DNA of 64,000 nucleotides. Origin: Trichoplax adhaerens. Lineage: Eukaryota; Animalia; Placozoa. The stretch spans positions 690,272 through 754,271 of the forward strand of contig NW_002060958.1 in assembly GCF_000150275.1 (NCBI RefSeq). Direction: 5' to 3'. Both the position numbers and the translations under genes were made by a program. Below, in pieces: positions 1-14,741 of the stretch. The notes under the pieces are model-generated. The model searched no databases. It saw nothing but the letters and a program-made list of their open reading frames with translations, and was not told where the DNA came from. The number at the start of each line of letters is the position of its first letter. Position 1 is the first letter of the stretch.

Positions 1-394
1 CTTCGCAGCTACAATCAGCATAGAAGCATTCTACCATATTCTACGTATATTCAGCTTAATACTAGTCACAATATTTTACAGCGATCCATCATTCATCCAA
101 TATAGAAATGATTACAGCATTTTCATAGACATTATTCTTACCACTCAAAGTACGATGAACGAAGCATTTCCTAATATATGAATTACAATTCTATTTCTAC
201 CTCTACCTCTAACCTTATTAGTAGCTAAACACCTTACTGTATATAATCATCTGTATTCTAGCATAGAGTCTGTTCTTACAGTCTATAATTATGGGCTACT
301 AAGTATATCATAAGATAAATATAGAAAAGACACTACCGTATATCGTACTAAACATGGCTAATAGTCTACAATCACAATACTAACTTATTTTACA
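1..394 (-). mobile_element. Family R1 solo-LTR-like element, partial, inverted copy
   Basis: Reverse-complement similarity to 4266-4640; cut by the window edge. Confidence 0.7.
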
Positions 395-502
395 AGTACT
401 GACTGATGTTATTTGGTTAACTAGTACTTTGATATTTGCAGGTGCACAATAAAGGATAAATTATAAATTATAAGGGCTAAAGTGATACTGAAAGGTACTT
501 AC

Positions 503-3500
503 AGAAGTTGAAGTTTTCCTAAGCTGCAAAATGACGACGAATCAATCTCTTGTAATCGATTGTTCGATATATGCCTATGAATTAGTGACAAGGTAACTTA
601 GACTTGGTTTTTAGGAAAGTATTTCCGTAAAGTACCCGTATGCGGTGTTGTTTTATTTTCTATCTCTAGAGTATTTGATTTAAAAGTCAATGCAGGCGAA
701 GTAATTGTTATAACATATGTAGCTTTGCATAGTTATTAGATATTCAATTAAATATTGTGATTTTCTACGCTGTTTCTACGAATTACCAAATTCGACCAAA
801 CGTGATAAACCGTATGGCTATGAGATATCATAAGTTGCTATACACTTCTAACGGAATTGAAGGAAAATAGTAAAATTGTTTCCGTTACAGCATATCGCTG
901 ATAAAAAGTATATTTAACGAATCCCCAGTCATACTGGATAAAACAGACTACCATGTCATCTAAAGTAAAGTTTCAATTTATAAATTTACCGGCTGCTCTA
1001 ATTACTTTGTCAATCCAAAAAATTATGCTAATTCTACTTATTTTTTCCATCCTATTGAAATTTTAATGAAATCTAATCGATAAAACTGAGATTGTTTATA
1101 TGAATTTAACCATAAAGATATTTCTGAATTGCTAGAATAGCGTACTATCGCGCCACTTACAGGTATTTTATGCCGCATCCGTCTCCGAAAACGTTCGACT
1201 TCAAATTTCTGAGAGCATTACTTGATAAGCGTCTTAAAATAAAAATAAGAACATATACTAAAATCACAATAAAATTTTAATGTTAAATATTGCTATCTTT
1301 CTCTCTTATTTACCCTTGCTACAGCCATTCAGGCAACACTGTACCATTAAATTAGTTTATTTATGTATCGGTGTATGAAATCACACTAGCTAATCGTGGA
1401 GTGTAAATTTCAAGATGTTAATTAATAAATGTTGCTCATAAGAAACATAGAATATTGATTTTAAATATCGGGACAAAGACCTTTATTCTGCCATATCTTT
1501 CAAGTCGAAAAAGAAAAACACGTATAAAATATCCATGTAGGTGTACTAGTGTGCTATGTGAGAGTAAAATTTGGCAGAAATCTCTACTAATTTTAAGTTA
1601 GGTATTCCGACAGTACATTATTTCCTTTCCTAATAAGGTATCATAGAACGTACAGTACTAATATACTGCGGAACTATAATATTAATGATATGTACACATT
1701 AAAATATTTAAGGAAAATTCCTTTATCAAATTCCACATCGTATGCTATACGATAGTTCACCTATTCGCACTATTACCATTTAATAGATAATTGTACTTAT
1801 ACTCATTTATATTTAGTATGTAGCTATTACCGTGTTATACACTGCAATATACACTGTAATATCGAGATTATAGTAGAAACATCTACGTTAGGATAATTTT
1901 GTTGATTTACCCTTATATGAAGAGTTACTAATTTAGATATGTGATATTTAAATATAGCACTAGCTTTTATGGTGATATATATTAACATATACAGCCTACT
2001 AAAATTAATAGTTTAATTAGGGAATCGAGAATAATCTTCTTATAACTCAAATCACTGTGTTTGTAATTTACTTATGGCAGATTGTAGATTATCATAGAAA
2101 TGTTCCGTGATAGGACATATTGTAATCCGACAATTTTGTATTAGTCATTCGATGTCTATGTTCGTAAATACTGTTGTCTTCATTAGGTAGCAGTAGATAA
2201 AATCAGCTTGTTATTCATTATCAGGTTTCAGCGTTGATATTACTAACTAGGATGTCTTTGCTATTGTAAAAGAGTATATATAAATGTGATAAATCGTATG
2301 ATAAAGTTAGTTCTTATGATTAGTGTTTAACGTAAGATACGAGGCGTCTAAGTCTTTTTGTAGTCTACTAGTATGGGAAAAATGTTCCTGAAAGAGTAGA
2401 TACTGCTCCCTGATACGTGGTTCAGGGAATCGACTGATTGATCGTGCATTATACTATCTTGTTGCAAAGCTGTTTTGTAACAGTAGCTAAACAATCTCAT
2501 CGAAAAATATACAGTCAACTCCATACCTCCTTATCATTCAAAATAGAAAAAATAGATCGTTATGTTTTCATCTGCTATTATAGTACAATAGAATCTTACT
2601 TACAAAGTTGCTAATGATGCCAGCTTATGAAACGTGTTCGGAGCTATATATGCGATAAGGTTATTAGACAGAGATCTATTGAAGGTAAATAATATAAAAT
2701 TTTGATTTAATGCTCTTTTATATTTTAATTACTTTTGCAAATAAGTTGAAATAGTATCAAAATAATCTGTGCTGTATTTATAGTAATCCAACTGCGATCT
2801 TGTAGCTTTTAAAAAGCTTAGCCTTGAAAGGCATCGCTACGAATGAACTATTCTCGGGGGGTATTCATTAATTAGCTAAATTTCTGAAGTATGCTGCATA
2901 TTCATATACACAGATGATAGATTGCTGAAACATTAAGAACTTCCACAAAATGACCTACGAGTTTACCGTTAACATAGGTCTCTTTAAACAAATGCTAGTT
3001 AAAGGATAAAATAGTACAATAAAATATTCAACATGAAATCTCACGTACATGATTAGCTCGATTCATTACCGGTACTTAGCGGCACTTACAATAAATTTAA
3101 TTTTGATAAACATTGGAAATCCTCCATTTTAATTGTTTTTAAACGATTTTCGCTTATACGCCTTAGTAAAAGACGATAAAAATTTAGCTTGTTACCAAGT
3201 AATAAAAATTTGTATGCGTTTAGGAATATAATCAATTAATTGCTTACAATTGTTGTAATTTGACCATATGGCATAGTGAATATTTTTCAATACTATGTAT
3301 TAAATTGTATCGTAGATATCTATAAAAATCGAAGCAAGTTGATTTACCATAGATTAGTAGATAAGATAAGTTGATACTGTTTGTGAAGAACTTGATATAA
3401 GAAATCGAATTAAGTGCCGTAATTGCTTTAGGTAAAAGTAAATTTATGCATTTTCGTCAAATACTAAAATATTTTCGATCTTTAAATATCGCTTTTGATA

Positions 3501-6500
3501 TATTTGAGATTCAATCTACGTGTTTATATCATGATTCTTGTATTTACTTACGGGCAGTTTTCTAAATGACCGACTTCGCATACGGTCACGTTCATGTATA
3601 CATGTAGCGTAACTTACTATATTTATCTTAAGACTTATTTAAAAGCTTATAACCAGACAGTTGTGGAAGATTCTATGCTAGAGCACAAATGGTAATATAC
3701 AGTATAATAGGGTGTTGAGTTAATGTTAAGATTAGAGGTAAAAATAAAACTGTAATACATGTATTAGGATATGGTTAGCTCACCGTTTTCTGACTGGTAA
3801 AAAAATATCTAAGTAAATACTGTAGTAGTTTCCATAATGGATTAATAATGGTCCGTTGTACAATGCTGCCACTAATAATAATTAGAATAAGTGTAAAATA
3901 CAGTAGAGCACTACTTTGCAGATTATTATAGCTTCGAAAGATATGAAAAGCATATAAGCTATCAACTTAGATTATTCTATTAGTTATTTCTAGAAGTCTT
4001 TAGAAATTGTATTCGGAAACAGTAGAGCTGTACGTAGATTATCGTTATATAAGGATCTAACAAAGTTCTAATTTTCTATAAATTTTAGATATTTTGTGAT
4101 CAGATATAGCCTATTCTTAATATAAGTCAATTTCTATTATACTGAAAGCAATTCCGTGCTCTTCCTATACAATAAAAGCTACCTTTTATATCAATCTCGT
4201 TATTAGTTCTGCTAGCAACATAATGAGTTTCCACACTTTACCTATTCTACTTTATGTTATCTATTTGTAATGTAACTTAGTATTGTGATTGTAGACTGTT
4301 AGCCATGTTTAGTATAGTGTACGGAAGATATTTATCCTAAGAAATATTTGGTAGCTATAACTATAGACTGTAGCGGTATAGACTCTATGATAGAGTATAG
4401 ATGACTATATACAGTACAGTGTTGAGTTACTAATAAGTAAAAATAGAACTATAAATCATATATTAGGATATGGTTAATTCATTGTACTTTGGCTGGTGTG
4501 AATAATGTCTACGTAAATACTGTACCCGTATCCATATCGGATTAATGATGGTCCGCAGTAGAATAGTGTTACTAAGAATAATTTAACTATGTGTAAAATA
4601 AGGTACAAGGTTACCATGCGGATTGTAGCTGCAAATGCTACGAAAAGTATAAAAGTATGCAACTTTAGATTATTCACTTAGTTCGTTGTAGAAGTCTTTA
4701 GTAGTAGTATTCAGCTAGAGTAGGGCTGTGTGTAGTTAATCTTTGTATAAGATTTTATAAGACCCTTATTTTTCTAAAATTTGGAATTTCGTGATCGGTA
4801 TATATCGCACTATTCGATAAGTTAACATCGCTGTACACACTATAACCTTATATAGCTTTCCTGTAACACTAGTAGAAATAAAGCTTCTTACTTCTCTAAT
4901 CTATTTCATATAATAACAAGTAATTATGACAAATTTCCAATCTTCCGAAGTATTACACAACTATGTACCGTATATCACTATATTTGACAGTTTTAATCTA
5001 GCGTAAACTTATGGAAGTTTAATTCCTGCCATAATAGTATTAGGAAATTAAGCATATTCACGGCGTGATAGGATATGGAAATTTTACTACTTGAATTCAA
5101 GAAATACTGTGAATATAATATACCTGCAGCTTTAAACAAAGATGTAGAAAAGAATTTTTTTATCTAAGTCAGAATGAAAACTGATTCAATACTTACAAGT
5201 TTAAAAGGTTGGATAGGCACATAAAAGTATTTTTCTTTATCACTGTTATTCGATTTTGGTTTAAGGACCTAGTGTAGTGATAGACTAAAGTTAACATTGC
5301 ACCGAAAAAGTTTAATAAATATTATGTTTCAGTTCATAGAAATTAACAGCAATGCTTCAATTGATAACATTTTAAATAAACCATATCAGAGCATAAATAT
5401 TAACTTCGAAATCATCAAACGGATAAAATAACTTACAATGTTTCCAGTTTGGAAAAGTTGCAGAATACATAAGGCTCAATATAACTGATTTGATCGAATG
5501 AGACAGTCCTGCAACAGATTAAATATAAACTATGCATGTAAGATCTCTGTAATAAATTTCTCTTCCTATAATAATATATTTCCACCCGGTAGTCGAAATC
5601 TAGTATATTACTGGTATTTGTGAATGTTTTACAAACCGAAAAGTTAACAGTTGGAAAATTAAGACTACTATAAGAAAATTTAGTATATTAAATCTAACAT
5701 CAGAATTGTCCTCCTTAGCGTCTAACCACACTATGATTCATAATAATGACAATTATCCTATCGTTAGGAAGTTAAGTATATGACTAATCTCTTAATCAAA
5801 AAATGAATCTAAATCTTATTGCAAAACTCAGCTTATCTATGGTGAATCAACGTAACAAGAAATTATAATTTTTATTTCTTAGATAATATTATCAAATTAT
5901 GCACTTATCTAACAAAAGCATGTAAAAAACTCCTTCGGCTAATTATTATCAATACATTCTGGATAAGATATAACAACTACGTTATGGTTGCTATGAAAAA
6001 ATTATTCTAGGTCAGAGTAGCATGGTATGTAGAATTTATGATATCAGCATTCTGCTATTTTTTATATGTAGCGATTTTTACTGTTTGTATAAAATTAATG
6101 ATCTTGCGCCTGATTTAAGGGAAGATACGATACCCCAATTACTTTACTCGTAATAAAAGCTACTTAATTCATCAACTTTAGTTGAATTATAGCAAGTAAA
6201 AAACTGCAATACCATATAATTAGGTTCATGCTCTTTGGAAATATTTACAATTAGCAATGACGTATGCCTCTGCTAGCCTTATTAGTGATAGTTGCTATTT
6301 GGGTCCAAAATTTTGCCGATTATAATACTCTTATAATGATCAACTTACAGCTTCGTGAGATCTGGAAATTTACTGAATGAGTATGACTTGAGAACTTTGA
6401 TATTTCCATTCTTGATCGTTCTACAAATATTTATGAAGCAAAACATAAAATTTTAATTGATAGTTTTACTGTTCAGTAATTGAAGTGCTTACGTATTCAC

Positions 6501-7100
6501 TATACAAAATTTACCATACTTTTAATAAAAAGTGAATCTAACATGATTAAACGCTTATTTACTAATAAAAACTAATTAATTGATTCCGAAAGTTTGGAAA
6601 ACTGCTACGGAAATTTTTAATTATGAATTTCCTTACAAGCTACTAATTCCCTTTACACTTGCGTTTTGATGCGGAACTTGAGTCATTCGACGATCATCAC
6701 AAACAATTCGTATTTTAGCACATTGACAATACTCGGAACAGATTACGTTGTCCTCTAAAATTAAAAATATTAGCAATAATTTCAGTGGCTATGCATTTTA
6801 TCTAGCTAGGTAGGACTTTCGAAAAGTCGGCTGGTATTACTACCATTTATTAATTACCGGTAAATCATGGAAACTAAGTAAAAGCATAATTTCTTTATTA
6901 AATGATGAGTCAATGTTTCACTGTAACAATTCGCTAGTTCTTTAATGGTCATGATAGACCACAACTATGTTAAACGAAATTTTATATGTCCTAAAATGCG
7001 TAAATTTATCGATTGTTGCAACCTTACCTGATTTTACGAATGTAAAAAAGGCAAGGATAATCACAAATTGGCAAATATTAGACACTGAATTGCGCTGCAT
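503..7100 (-). CDS. 5' part of a paralogous LRR receptor gene (probably LRR-GPCR), truncated by the window edge
   Basis: Signal 7028-7100 (MQRNSVSNICQFVIILAFFTFVKS). LRRNT 6637-6754 (CSEYCQCAKIRIVCDDRRMTQVP; 118 nt, as in the other gene). 72-nt LRR exons: 6349-6420 (TIKNGNIKVLKSYSFSKFPDLTKL), 5437-5508, 5197-5268 (SLNQNRITVIKKNTFMCLSNLLNL), 3248-3319, 3090-3161, 2604-2675, 1161-1232, 503-574 (HISNNRLQEIDSSSFCSLGKLQLL). The 7TM is not in the window, so the GPCR call is inferred from colinearity. Confidence 0.85.
1825..2482. mobile_element. Family R2 solo-LTR-like element
   Basis: Ends TATTAC...GTAACA, flanked by a perfect GTAGC direct repeat; inverted homolog at 51537-52175. Confidence 0.75.
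3603..4110 (+). mobile_element. Diverged R1 copy
   Basis: Colinear but degraded similarity to 4266-4809 (ggattaataatggtccg; ttttgtgatcagatat); boundaries approximate. Confidence 0.6.
4266..4809 (+). mobile_element. Family R1 solo-LTR-like element
   Basis: TGTAAT...ATCGCA with a perfect CTATT duplication; very similar copy at 58675-59255. Confidence 0.8.
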
Positions 7101-9549
7101 CTGGAGCCCAAAATAATTAATGTCAGTTTAAGTTGTTGTATTGTTTTAAGTAATCCGGTATTTAGAAAGAGAATATTACTGCAACAAACTCAGATTATCT
7201 CAGTTTTTGTAATCGATGACAAGAACTTTAAATCCAAGCGTAGTCAATGCAGGTAAGCCGGTGCTACTAGACCGACTTTACTAACAGTTAACTTAGATTC
7301 GTGTTTGTGGTGACATTTCCGCGAAATTCAAATGATTTAATTCTTGTTTCCTTAATAATGTATGAATGGTAAACCATTGGCATAGCTTCACACTTACAAT
7401 TTTTACTTCACCTGATACCCTCTAGATATCGGAAGTTAGTTCAAATTGCTATCTGGTTGATGAAATGGAAATTTTGAATTTCACTGTAAGCCCTTGGAGT
7501 AGGAAGACTTGCTATATTATCCGGTTTATGGTAAATTGCATACTGTAGTTCTAGATGAATTACTAATAATATATATATGAATTGTTATTGAATTTTATTT
7601 GAACTAGATTGTTTACAAGAGGAAATTGTATTCTAAAATCTACTTATAGGCGAACGTACTATTGTGAGACCTTGATAGTGTAGGCTGACTTGATCTATTT
7701 GACGGTAAGAAATCGTATTTTCATTGTCAACTAAATTTTATGAGACTGCCTTTAATGTTAACTTGACCAAGCAGATCAAAGAGTATCGCATCTTTTAACT
7801 TACAACCAAGTAGTATTCGGGCGGAAAATTATATTGGGCTCAAGATATAAGCAGCTTTAATCAGGGAAATATGGGGCCATATGAAAGATAATTATATAAT
7901 TAAAACATGTAATCTAATTTGAGGCATTAAATTGCTGGATTAAATTGCATTAAATACCATTACCGTATTGTGATCTATTTCAAATAAGCAATTTTAAATC
8001 AGTTAGCATACTTGAAACATGACTATTCCGTCGTGATATCATAAGGATTAACTTTATCACTAAGAGTAATGATTCCTTGAGGAGTGCACGATATTTCTAA
8101 GGAGTTCAAAATAAAATGGTATAATAAACTATAAATCGATAATTAAGTTGTTTTCATGACTGGAACAGTCCTTAATAACTTAAAGATTCAGGTCAAAGTT
8201 TATGGATACCAAGTCATCAAGCTTCAAGGGGGAAATAATTTGTCCTCAATTCTTCAGTTACAAATATCGGCTGAAGCGCTATTAAAAGCTTATTGAAATA
8301 ATATATGATAAATACGGCGAATCATATACTAGTAACGGAAGTCTATGTACTTACATAAGTTCATCAAAGTAAATAATTGTACGTCAAAAATATAGCACTA
8401 CGATAGTTCGAAGTGCCCTGGAATTTACCGGTATGCGATGCTGAGAAATAACTTTCATCTAAAATACGCATTGTCTGTGATTTTGATAAAGAAATATACA
8501 AAATTTTACTATAATTGTGCTTTAAAACTATACGATTGGAATAAAGCACTTTACTTTAATTTGGCATATGTTCCAATTTCTTTTCTATTTATAAAATTCT
8601 AAACTACCAAACTATCCAGCTATGAATACAACCTTTTGTGCCTTTTATCCGACAGAAAAGTTGAAATTAACTATTATTACATCTGATATGCAATAATTAA
8701 AGATAGATATTAACGATACCTCATAAATTGAAAGATGATAAAGATTTTTCTAAGATGGGTAAAGTGCGACAATTAATGGAAGTGGAGGATTAAGTTCTGA
8801 CTAAGTGGACTAGACTAGCACAAAGAACTTTCTCAAAAGCTTTTTCAAATTTCTGCTATGATCAGCTATAATTCTTTGATAAGATTATTCGATACTGCTA
8901 CAAACCCTAAGATCTATTTCTAAACCTATTGTAAAAAAATACATTTATAATAATTTTACTTGCAGGACTTGCTGCTAATTGAATTTCTTCTAAATCAATA
9001 AACTCATTAAACAAATAAGAAAACAGTCGAACAATTTCAGCAAAGAAAATACCAGTGACACTATTTTTAAAATTAAGCATAAGTAAAAGAAGCTTATCCT
9101 TATTCTGATACTTGAGAGTCATTGAACAAATCAATATCAAATTAACCTACTTGAGAAATGAATAAGTATGAAGATAAAACTTAAAATTCATTTCGGAAGA
9201 AAAGACTTGCCAAAATATAGAGTTTTCGTAAGTCTTATTGTCCGACGATAATATCGCATTAGAGATAATGTCAAAAGAGTCAGCTACAAATAACGGTGCT
9301 ACATGAATTGTGTCACTTCGTTATACTTTAGCCTATACTATGCCGTGTGATAAAATCAATCACCAAATTTTAAACTCTGCTGAAAATTAGAACTTCATTA
9401 GATCTTTGTGTAAAGATAATAAGCATACAACTCTAGTCTAGCTGGATACAACCATTAGAAGGATTTTAGAAGGAACTACTGAATAGGTTAAAGTTTCCTG
9501 CTTATGCTGGTATGGGGACAATTTTAATAGCCATTTACAGCTATATAGC

Positions 9550-10058
9550 TGTTACGGTGTTGCCTTGTCATTAGAATAGTTTAATAAGTACAGCGGTAGC
9601 TAGTATGGAGAATATCCATATTTGTACCATTAAAGATAAGTAATGATTTAACGTGGATGTTGTTTGTAATAGTTCATTACATATTTGATATTGATTGTTA
9701 TTGTGTGATAGATAGCAGTAAGATGATTCAAGTTCTGGTTGATGATAGTTGAAGTAGACAACCTAAGAGCTTAGATTAAGATTAAGTATGAGTAAGAGAT
9801 TCAAAATATTTACTAATAGAAAAGCTATGTAAGGAACATCTCAGTTCAAGATGTTTCTCCTAGTAAGGTATAATAATAATACTGTTGTTGTTTGCAAATT
9901 AGGCGGTTCCTATATAAACGGGAATATTTGAGTTGAGTGGTGCTGTATAAAGTTGTAGATTTGTGTTTAACGTTAAGTAAAAGGACCTTTAATATAGTCA
10001 GCAGCTACTTATAGACTTTTACTGTACGTTACCTTGTCGTAGAAGTGAAATTGTGACA
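9550..10058. mobile_element. Family R5 solo-LTR-like element
   Basis: TGTTAC...GTGACA with a perfect ATAGC duplication; partial homolog from 40404. Confidence 0.75.
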
Positions 10059-12480
10059 ATAGCATAATTATCGTTCTAATTTATTTTAAAATTATTCACA
10101 TTACAGAGAGCAACATGCACTACGATCGATCACCTATTATCCAAGTATAGAAACTTTTGTTAATATGAGCAGCTAAACATGCCTTTTGATACCAAATATA
10201 GAAAGCTGCGCCACCATGCATCATACTAGGCATGGTTAGTAATCTACATTCGAATACATAGTTATATTACGTGCAGGCTTGGTACTTCTTGTACTATAAA
10301 ACACAAGCTCTGTAAGCGCTTCCATTGGTGCTAGCCCACAATGAAGTATAGAAGTCTTAAATATAAAATAATTTTATTTAAAGAATCAATTAATTGATTA
10401 ATTAATTTTTAACCAGTCATAGTATTACGGAATAATATAATAAAAGAACCTATCGACTAGAAACTTTTCCTTGATATTTAGTAAAACTACTTTACCCTAA
10501 TAATTAGCGACATTAAAGTCAATAGCATAGCTTTATAAGATGCAAGGAGAAGTGCTAAGTTAAATAAAGAATTAAAAAATTGCTAATAAGAAGAGTAATA
10601 TGCTTTATTATTGTACTATTCTTTATTCCGACCAATCTACAAGGACTTACTTAATGCTATGCGGCCAAGACTATTTTATCCTTAAGTAATAACGATACTA
10701 TTTTAATCACTTCCAATAATTTTTTATACTAATACACAATGAAGGATGCACCTACAATCTACTTAATAGAAGAGTTACACGATAATTTACAGTAGTATAT
10801 AATACATTACTATCTATTACTACTTTTCAATTCTTTCCTTATCTATTCGGATCCTTGAATTGGGAACCTGTTTCTTTTCTACCTCTCGATAATCCATGAC
10901 TTTTTGTAAACGAATTGTGAATAATTCCTAGTCTTTGCCTTGTAATAAGGCTGACTAAATCCTATCTATATCACTCATGAAACACACAATAAAGTTGGAC
11001 AAATTGAGTTCGAAATAACAGTCGGCTCATAACAGCACATAAAGCTTAAGGTTTATTGAAGCTAGTCTAAAATTTAGTGTTCAGAACGACTCTTTGCAAT
11101 CTTATATTTTACTTTTACACTCTTTTTTTCTATTTAATATACTTAGCTTACGCATTAAATTCCTTATATTGACAGTTTATTACTGTCTTATTAATTATTT
11201 AATCAAACCCTGTTTTTCCTATCATCTCAAAAATTTACTAGCTAAATTTTCTATTTTCAAAATTGATTTAGTGCTATCTATATGAGGCTATTTACTACAC
11301 CTGAGCTGTTATTAGAGATTTATAGAGAAAAGTTCATTTAAGGCAATTAAAGGCTCTTACGGTGTAACCATTAGTTGAAAAGTAGGATTAATTATTTCCT
11401 AAGATGTGGCTTAATTGAAATCATTGCCAAAATGTGTCGGTTCATACATTATCCACGGATTAAGTAACGCAATATTTACTATAAATTGCTAAGGATCGCC
11501 TGATATACATCGTTCTATTTCTATCAAATTAGAATGGGTGTCCAAATCATTTATTACTGAACTTCATGTACTATGCCAATTTTTCCATTATAACAATTCT
11601 TTTGGGTAGAGGTGGAGAATTTTATTTTTACTTCGTAAAACTTACAGTGAGAATCTTACAATCGAAAGTATAATTCTTGAGTTTTGCCATTCTATTATAG
11701 GGAATAATACTATAAGGAAATAAGATTATCTGATACAAGCGTCAATGTAATTAGGTATGCCACGCAACTCTAACTGGTGTGTTAGTAAGATTATCAACTT
11801 TCTTTTACAATATCATGATGTTAAGAATTGAGTGAATCCAATCCTTGATCGAACAAAATGCTAAATATAATGTAACCGTTATGGCTGTTATAGTAACCGT
11901 ATTACACACTAAAAGTGTAGGAATATAATTGTATTTGCATTACCAACTTACTGTAACGTTAGGCTTAGTAGTTTGTTGAACAACAGATGAGGTACAGTCG
12001 TGATAAATCGTAAGTGCTTAACTTACAAGTTAAGAATAAGTGGAAAATTAGAAGTATTGGGATCGAGAATCGGTAATCTTAGATAAAGGCATTTTGTATT
12101 AATATATTTATATGCGTTTAAATGAAGCTTAGTATTTAGTATTCTCCTTATAAAGTATTTCTTTTTATTTGGTAGATTTAAAGATGAATCATAATGTAAT
12201 TTAAGATTTTAATATAATAGCTCGTAAATAATATCTAAATTACTTTAGATAGTATTGGATGGATTGTGTCAACTAGTATAATGTTATACTTATTTGCAGG
12301 ACTCACTGATTACTGTAAATGGCTTGATAGATAAAATATAATAAATAAATAAATCGGTCTTATCCTCTAACCTCCATCTTGTTTCAAAGTGACCCAATCG
12401 TAGTGCAATCTAGTATTAACAAAGCTAAAATATTATAGTGTTTCTCGTAGCAGCATAGCCGGAGTACCTTAGGAATTCCT

Positions 12481-13048
12481 TGTCACGATACCATCGACTG
12501 TGTAGAGTAAATGACTAAATTTAGTGCTTAATGTTTATATATGGAGATAACTATTAATGACTTACAGTAAGAACAGCGGTAGTTATTATTTTGTTACAAT
12601 AAATTATGCTTTACTTTAGTGAGAGTGCGTTTACGGTAAGCAATGCTAATTGATTAGCGTGCTATATCTTGTAATGCTTATGATGAATATCCTGAAGATA
12701 TCCAATCATTGATGACACCACAAATAATTCTGTACAAGGACATACTGTAGTCTAATTATCTAAAATCGTTCAGTACATGTCTAAGATTATGGATAATTTC
12801 TGTACTAATTTAGCCATCCAATATGAAGTAAATTTCATGAACTGCTATTACTTGTACATGATAGCTGCTGCCGAAATATATTTAAGCTCGACAGATAGCT
12901 AAATAAAATGAGAATTCTATAGTTGTTTAACTTAGAAGCAAAGGCGTCTAAATTCTTGTTAGATAGTTAACGGATTCTGAATCCCGGAGACTATAGTAAT
13001 ATAGAGATTTGTTTTACGTTATCTTTGTCACAAAGCTAGTTTGTGACA
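12481..13048 (-). mobile_element. Family R3 (long form) solo-LTR-like element
   Basis: TGTCAC...GTGACA with a perfect TTCCT duplication; inverted homolog at 61935-62498. Confidence 0.8.
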
Positions 13049-14479
13049 TTCCTCTAATAGTCAGGATATATTATTACAAAAGTGTAACAACTGCTTAAAG
13101 AAATGTATAAATAAACTTGAGTAAACTGTTCGGAATTTCATTGGCTAAAAGCTATCTTACATCGAAGCAAATATCATTTTGCTTATATAGGCCTCTGTAA
13201 AGATATCTTGGATAGTTTTAATGATTTCGAAATTAGTTACTACTTAAGCTACTTTTATCGTTGCTATAATCTTAATTTGCGTAGGCTTATTGTATGTAGA
13301 ACAACTGGAATCTGCTTAATACACACAAGCACATTTATTGCTCGCTTTTAATTGCCATGATATCATTATAAGCGAAAACGCTGTTTAAATACACAAAAGA
13401 AGCTCATAAAAATGAAAGGTTTTCACATATTCTAAAATATTGCTGTATGAACAATGGATTCGTAATCCAATAAAATAATTTTCTTGGTTCCTGATTGAAT
13501 TGTAAGGTGAACTTACTATAGTAGTCGAGCAATTCAAACAAATTATGTGCATGAACGTCCGATTCTGCTCAAGGCAATGTTTAACCTTACTGAATCTTTT
13601 TAAAATGCATAAGCTAAATTAGGCAATTATTAGCAATTAAAAGACGGAATGCAGTACTATTATTTATGGCTTTCATGCTGTGTTTTGAAAATTTACTGCT
13701 GCTGCTTAATAGGCTGTATATTGACCATGTTTGCCCCATACCAGAAAAATACTCCCTGATATAACTATGGAAGGATAGTTTTACTTTATGTACACCAAGA
13801 GTTTCTGACAATGCTATAAAAAGCTGGTGCCTGAAGACCACTTTTTAGTTAGGTAGTCGGTTTATTAGTCAACTAGTTTGTCAATTGCTATTGAATTGTC
13901 AAGGCTATAATCTTGGTTGCCAAGATTTCTTCATTAATAAATAGTAGTAAATCTCTGACTACCTCGTCTACACTATCAGTGAGGCTATAATTATACTATA
14001 GTATTGTATCGTTGGAACTCAATTATTAAGTGATATAGCGCATCTCGCCTCTTTAAGTCAGTAAGAGGCGTTCTTCGTAAGCATTGACGTGTGTAGAATA
14101 CTTTGTCAATATTGGTATGTGACAGGTATGCATAGCTTTAAATTCCTTACTGTATTTTCAATTTGATTGGCTAATACTCTTCAACATTGATGGGAGAGTA
14201 GCGATTTTATAATGGTGGGTGATGTACTTATACAAGTTTGCAAACAGTCGCACCTTACTTTACACTAATCTATTGTTTGGCTTAATTCAAAGTCATAAAT
14301 GTACCATTTCTTCTATTGAATTCTTTTATAACTCAAATAAAATATTCTATAAGTTCTGAGCTAATAATTTCACCAATTACGTTAAGCTTAGAGTCCAGGA
14401 TCAAAGAAACCGTAATAATCCTTCAGATGAAAATCATTAAAAATTTGACTTTATTTGCCTACTTATGACCTGCGTCCTG

Positions 14480-14558
14480 ATTGGTCGTTCCTATGACGAA
14501 TGATTGTGCGAACACAAAATATTTATCAAAGAGGTTCTGCCTTGCCAATTTATAAATA
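14480..14558 (+). promoter_or_regulatory. Candidate core promoter of the mosaic gene
   Basis: TATAAATA at 14551-14558, GCCAAT immediately upstream and an inverted CCAAT (ATTGG) at 14480-14484; about 190 bp before the ATG at 14742. Confidence 0.4.
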
Positions 14559-14741
14559 GCCAAACTCATCCGTATGATATATTAATTTAAGCTATTGCTA
14601 TCGTTTGTTGAGTCAAAAGCAAAATTTAAGATACAAAACTATAGTTAATACACAGTAAAATCGTTTATATCACCATAGCAGTAGATCTGACTTCAAAATA
14701 AAAATTTTATAAATTGCATTCCATAATCAGAAATTTCATAA

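Noticed and set aside
4474-4677. Paralogous small hydrophobic ORFs (4474-4677 and 58885-59109) that look like a peptide family
   Set aside because: Both lie inside copies of the R1 repeat; the similarity comes from the element.
13614-13841. 75-aa ORF and other intergenic ORFs (8364, 8907, 11094, 22362, 23860)
   Set aside because: No recognisable motifs or consistent splice context; expected by chance in AT-rich DNA.
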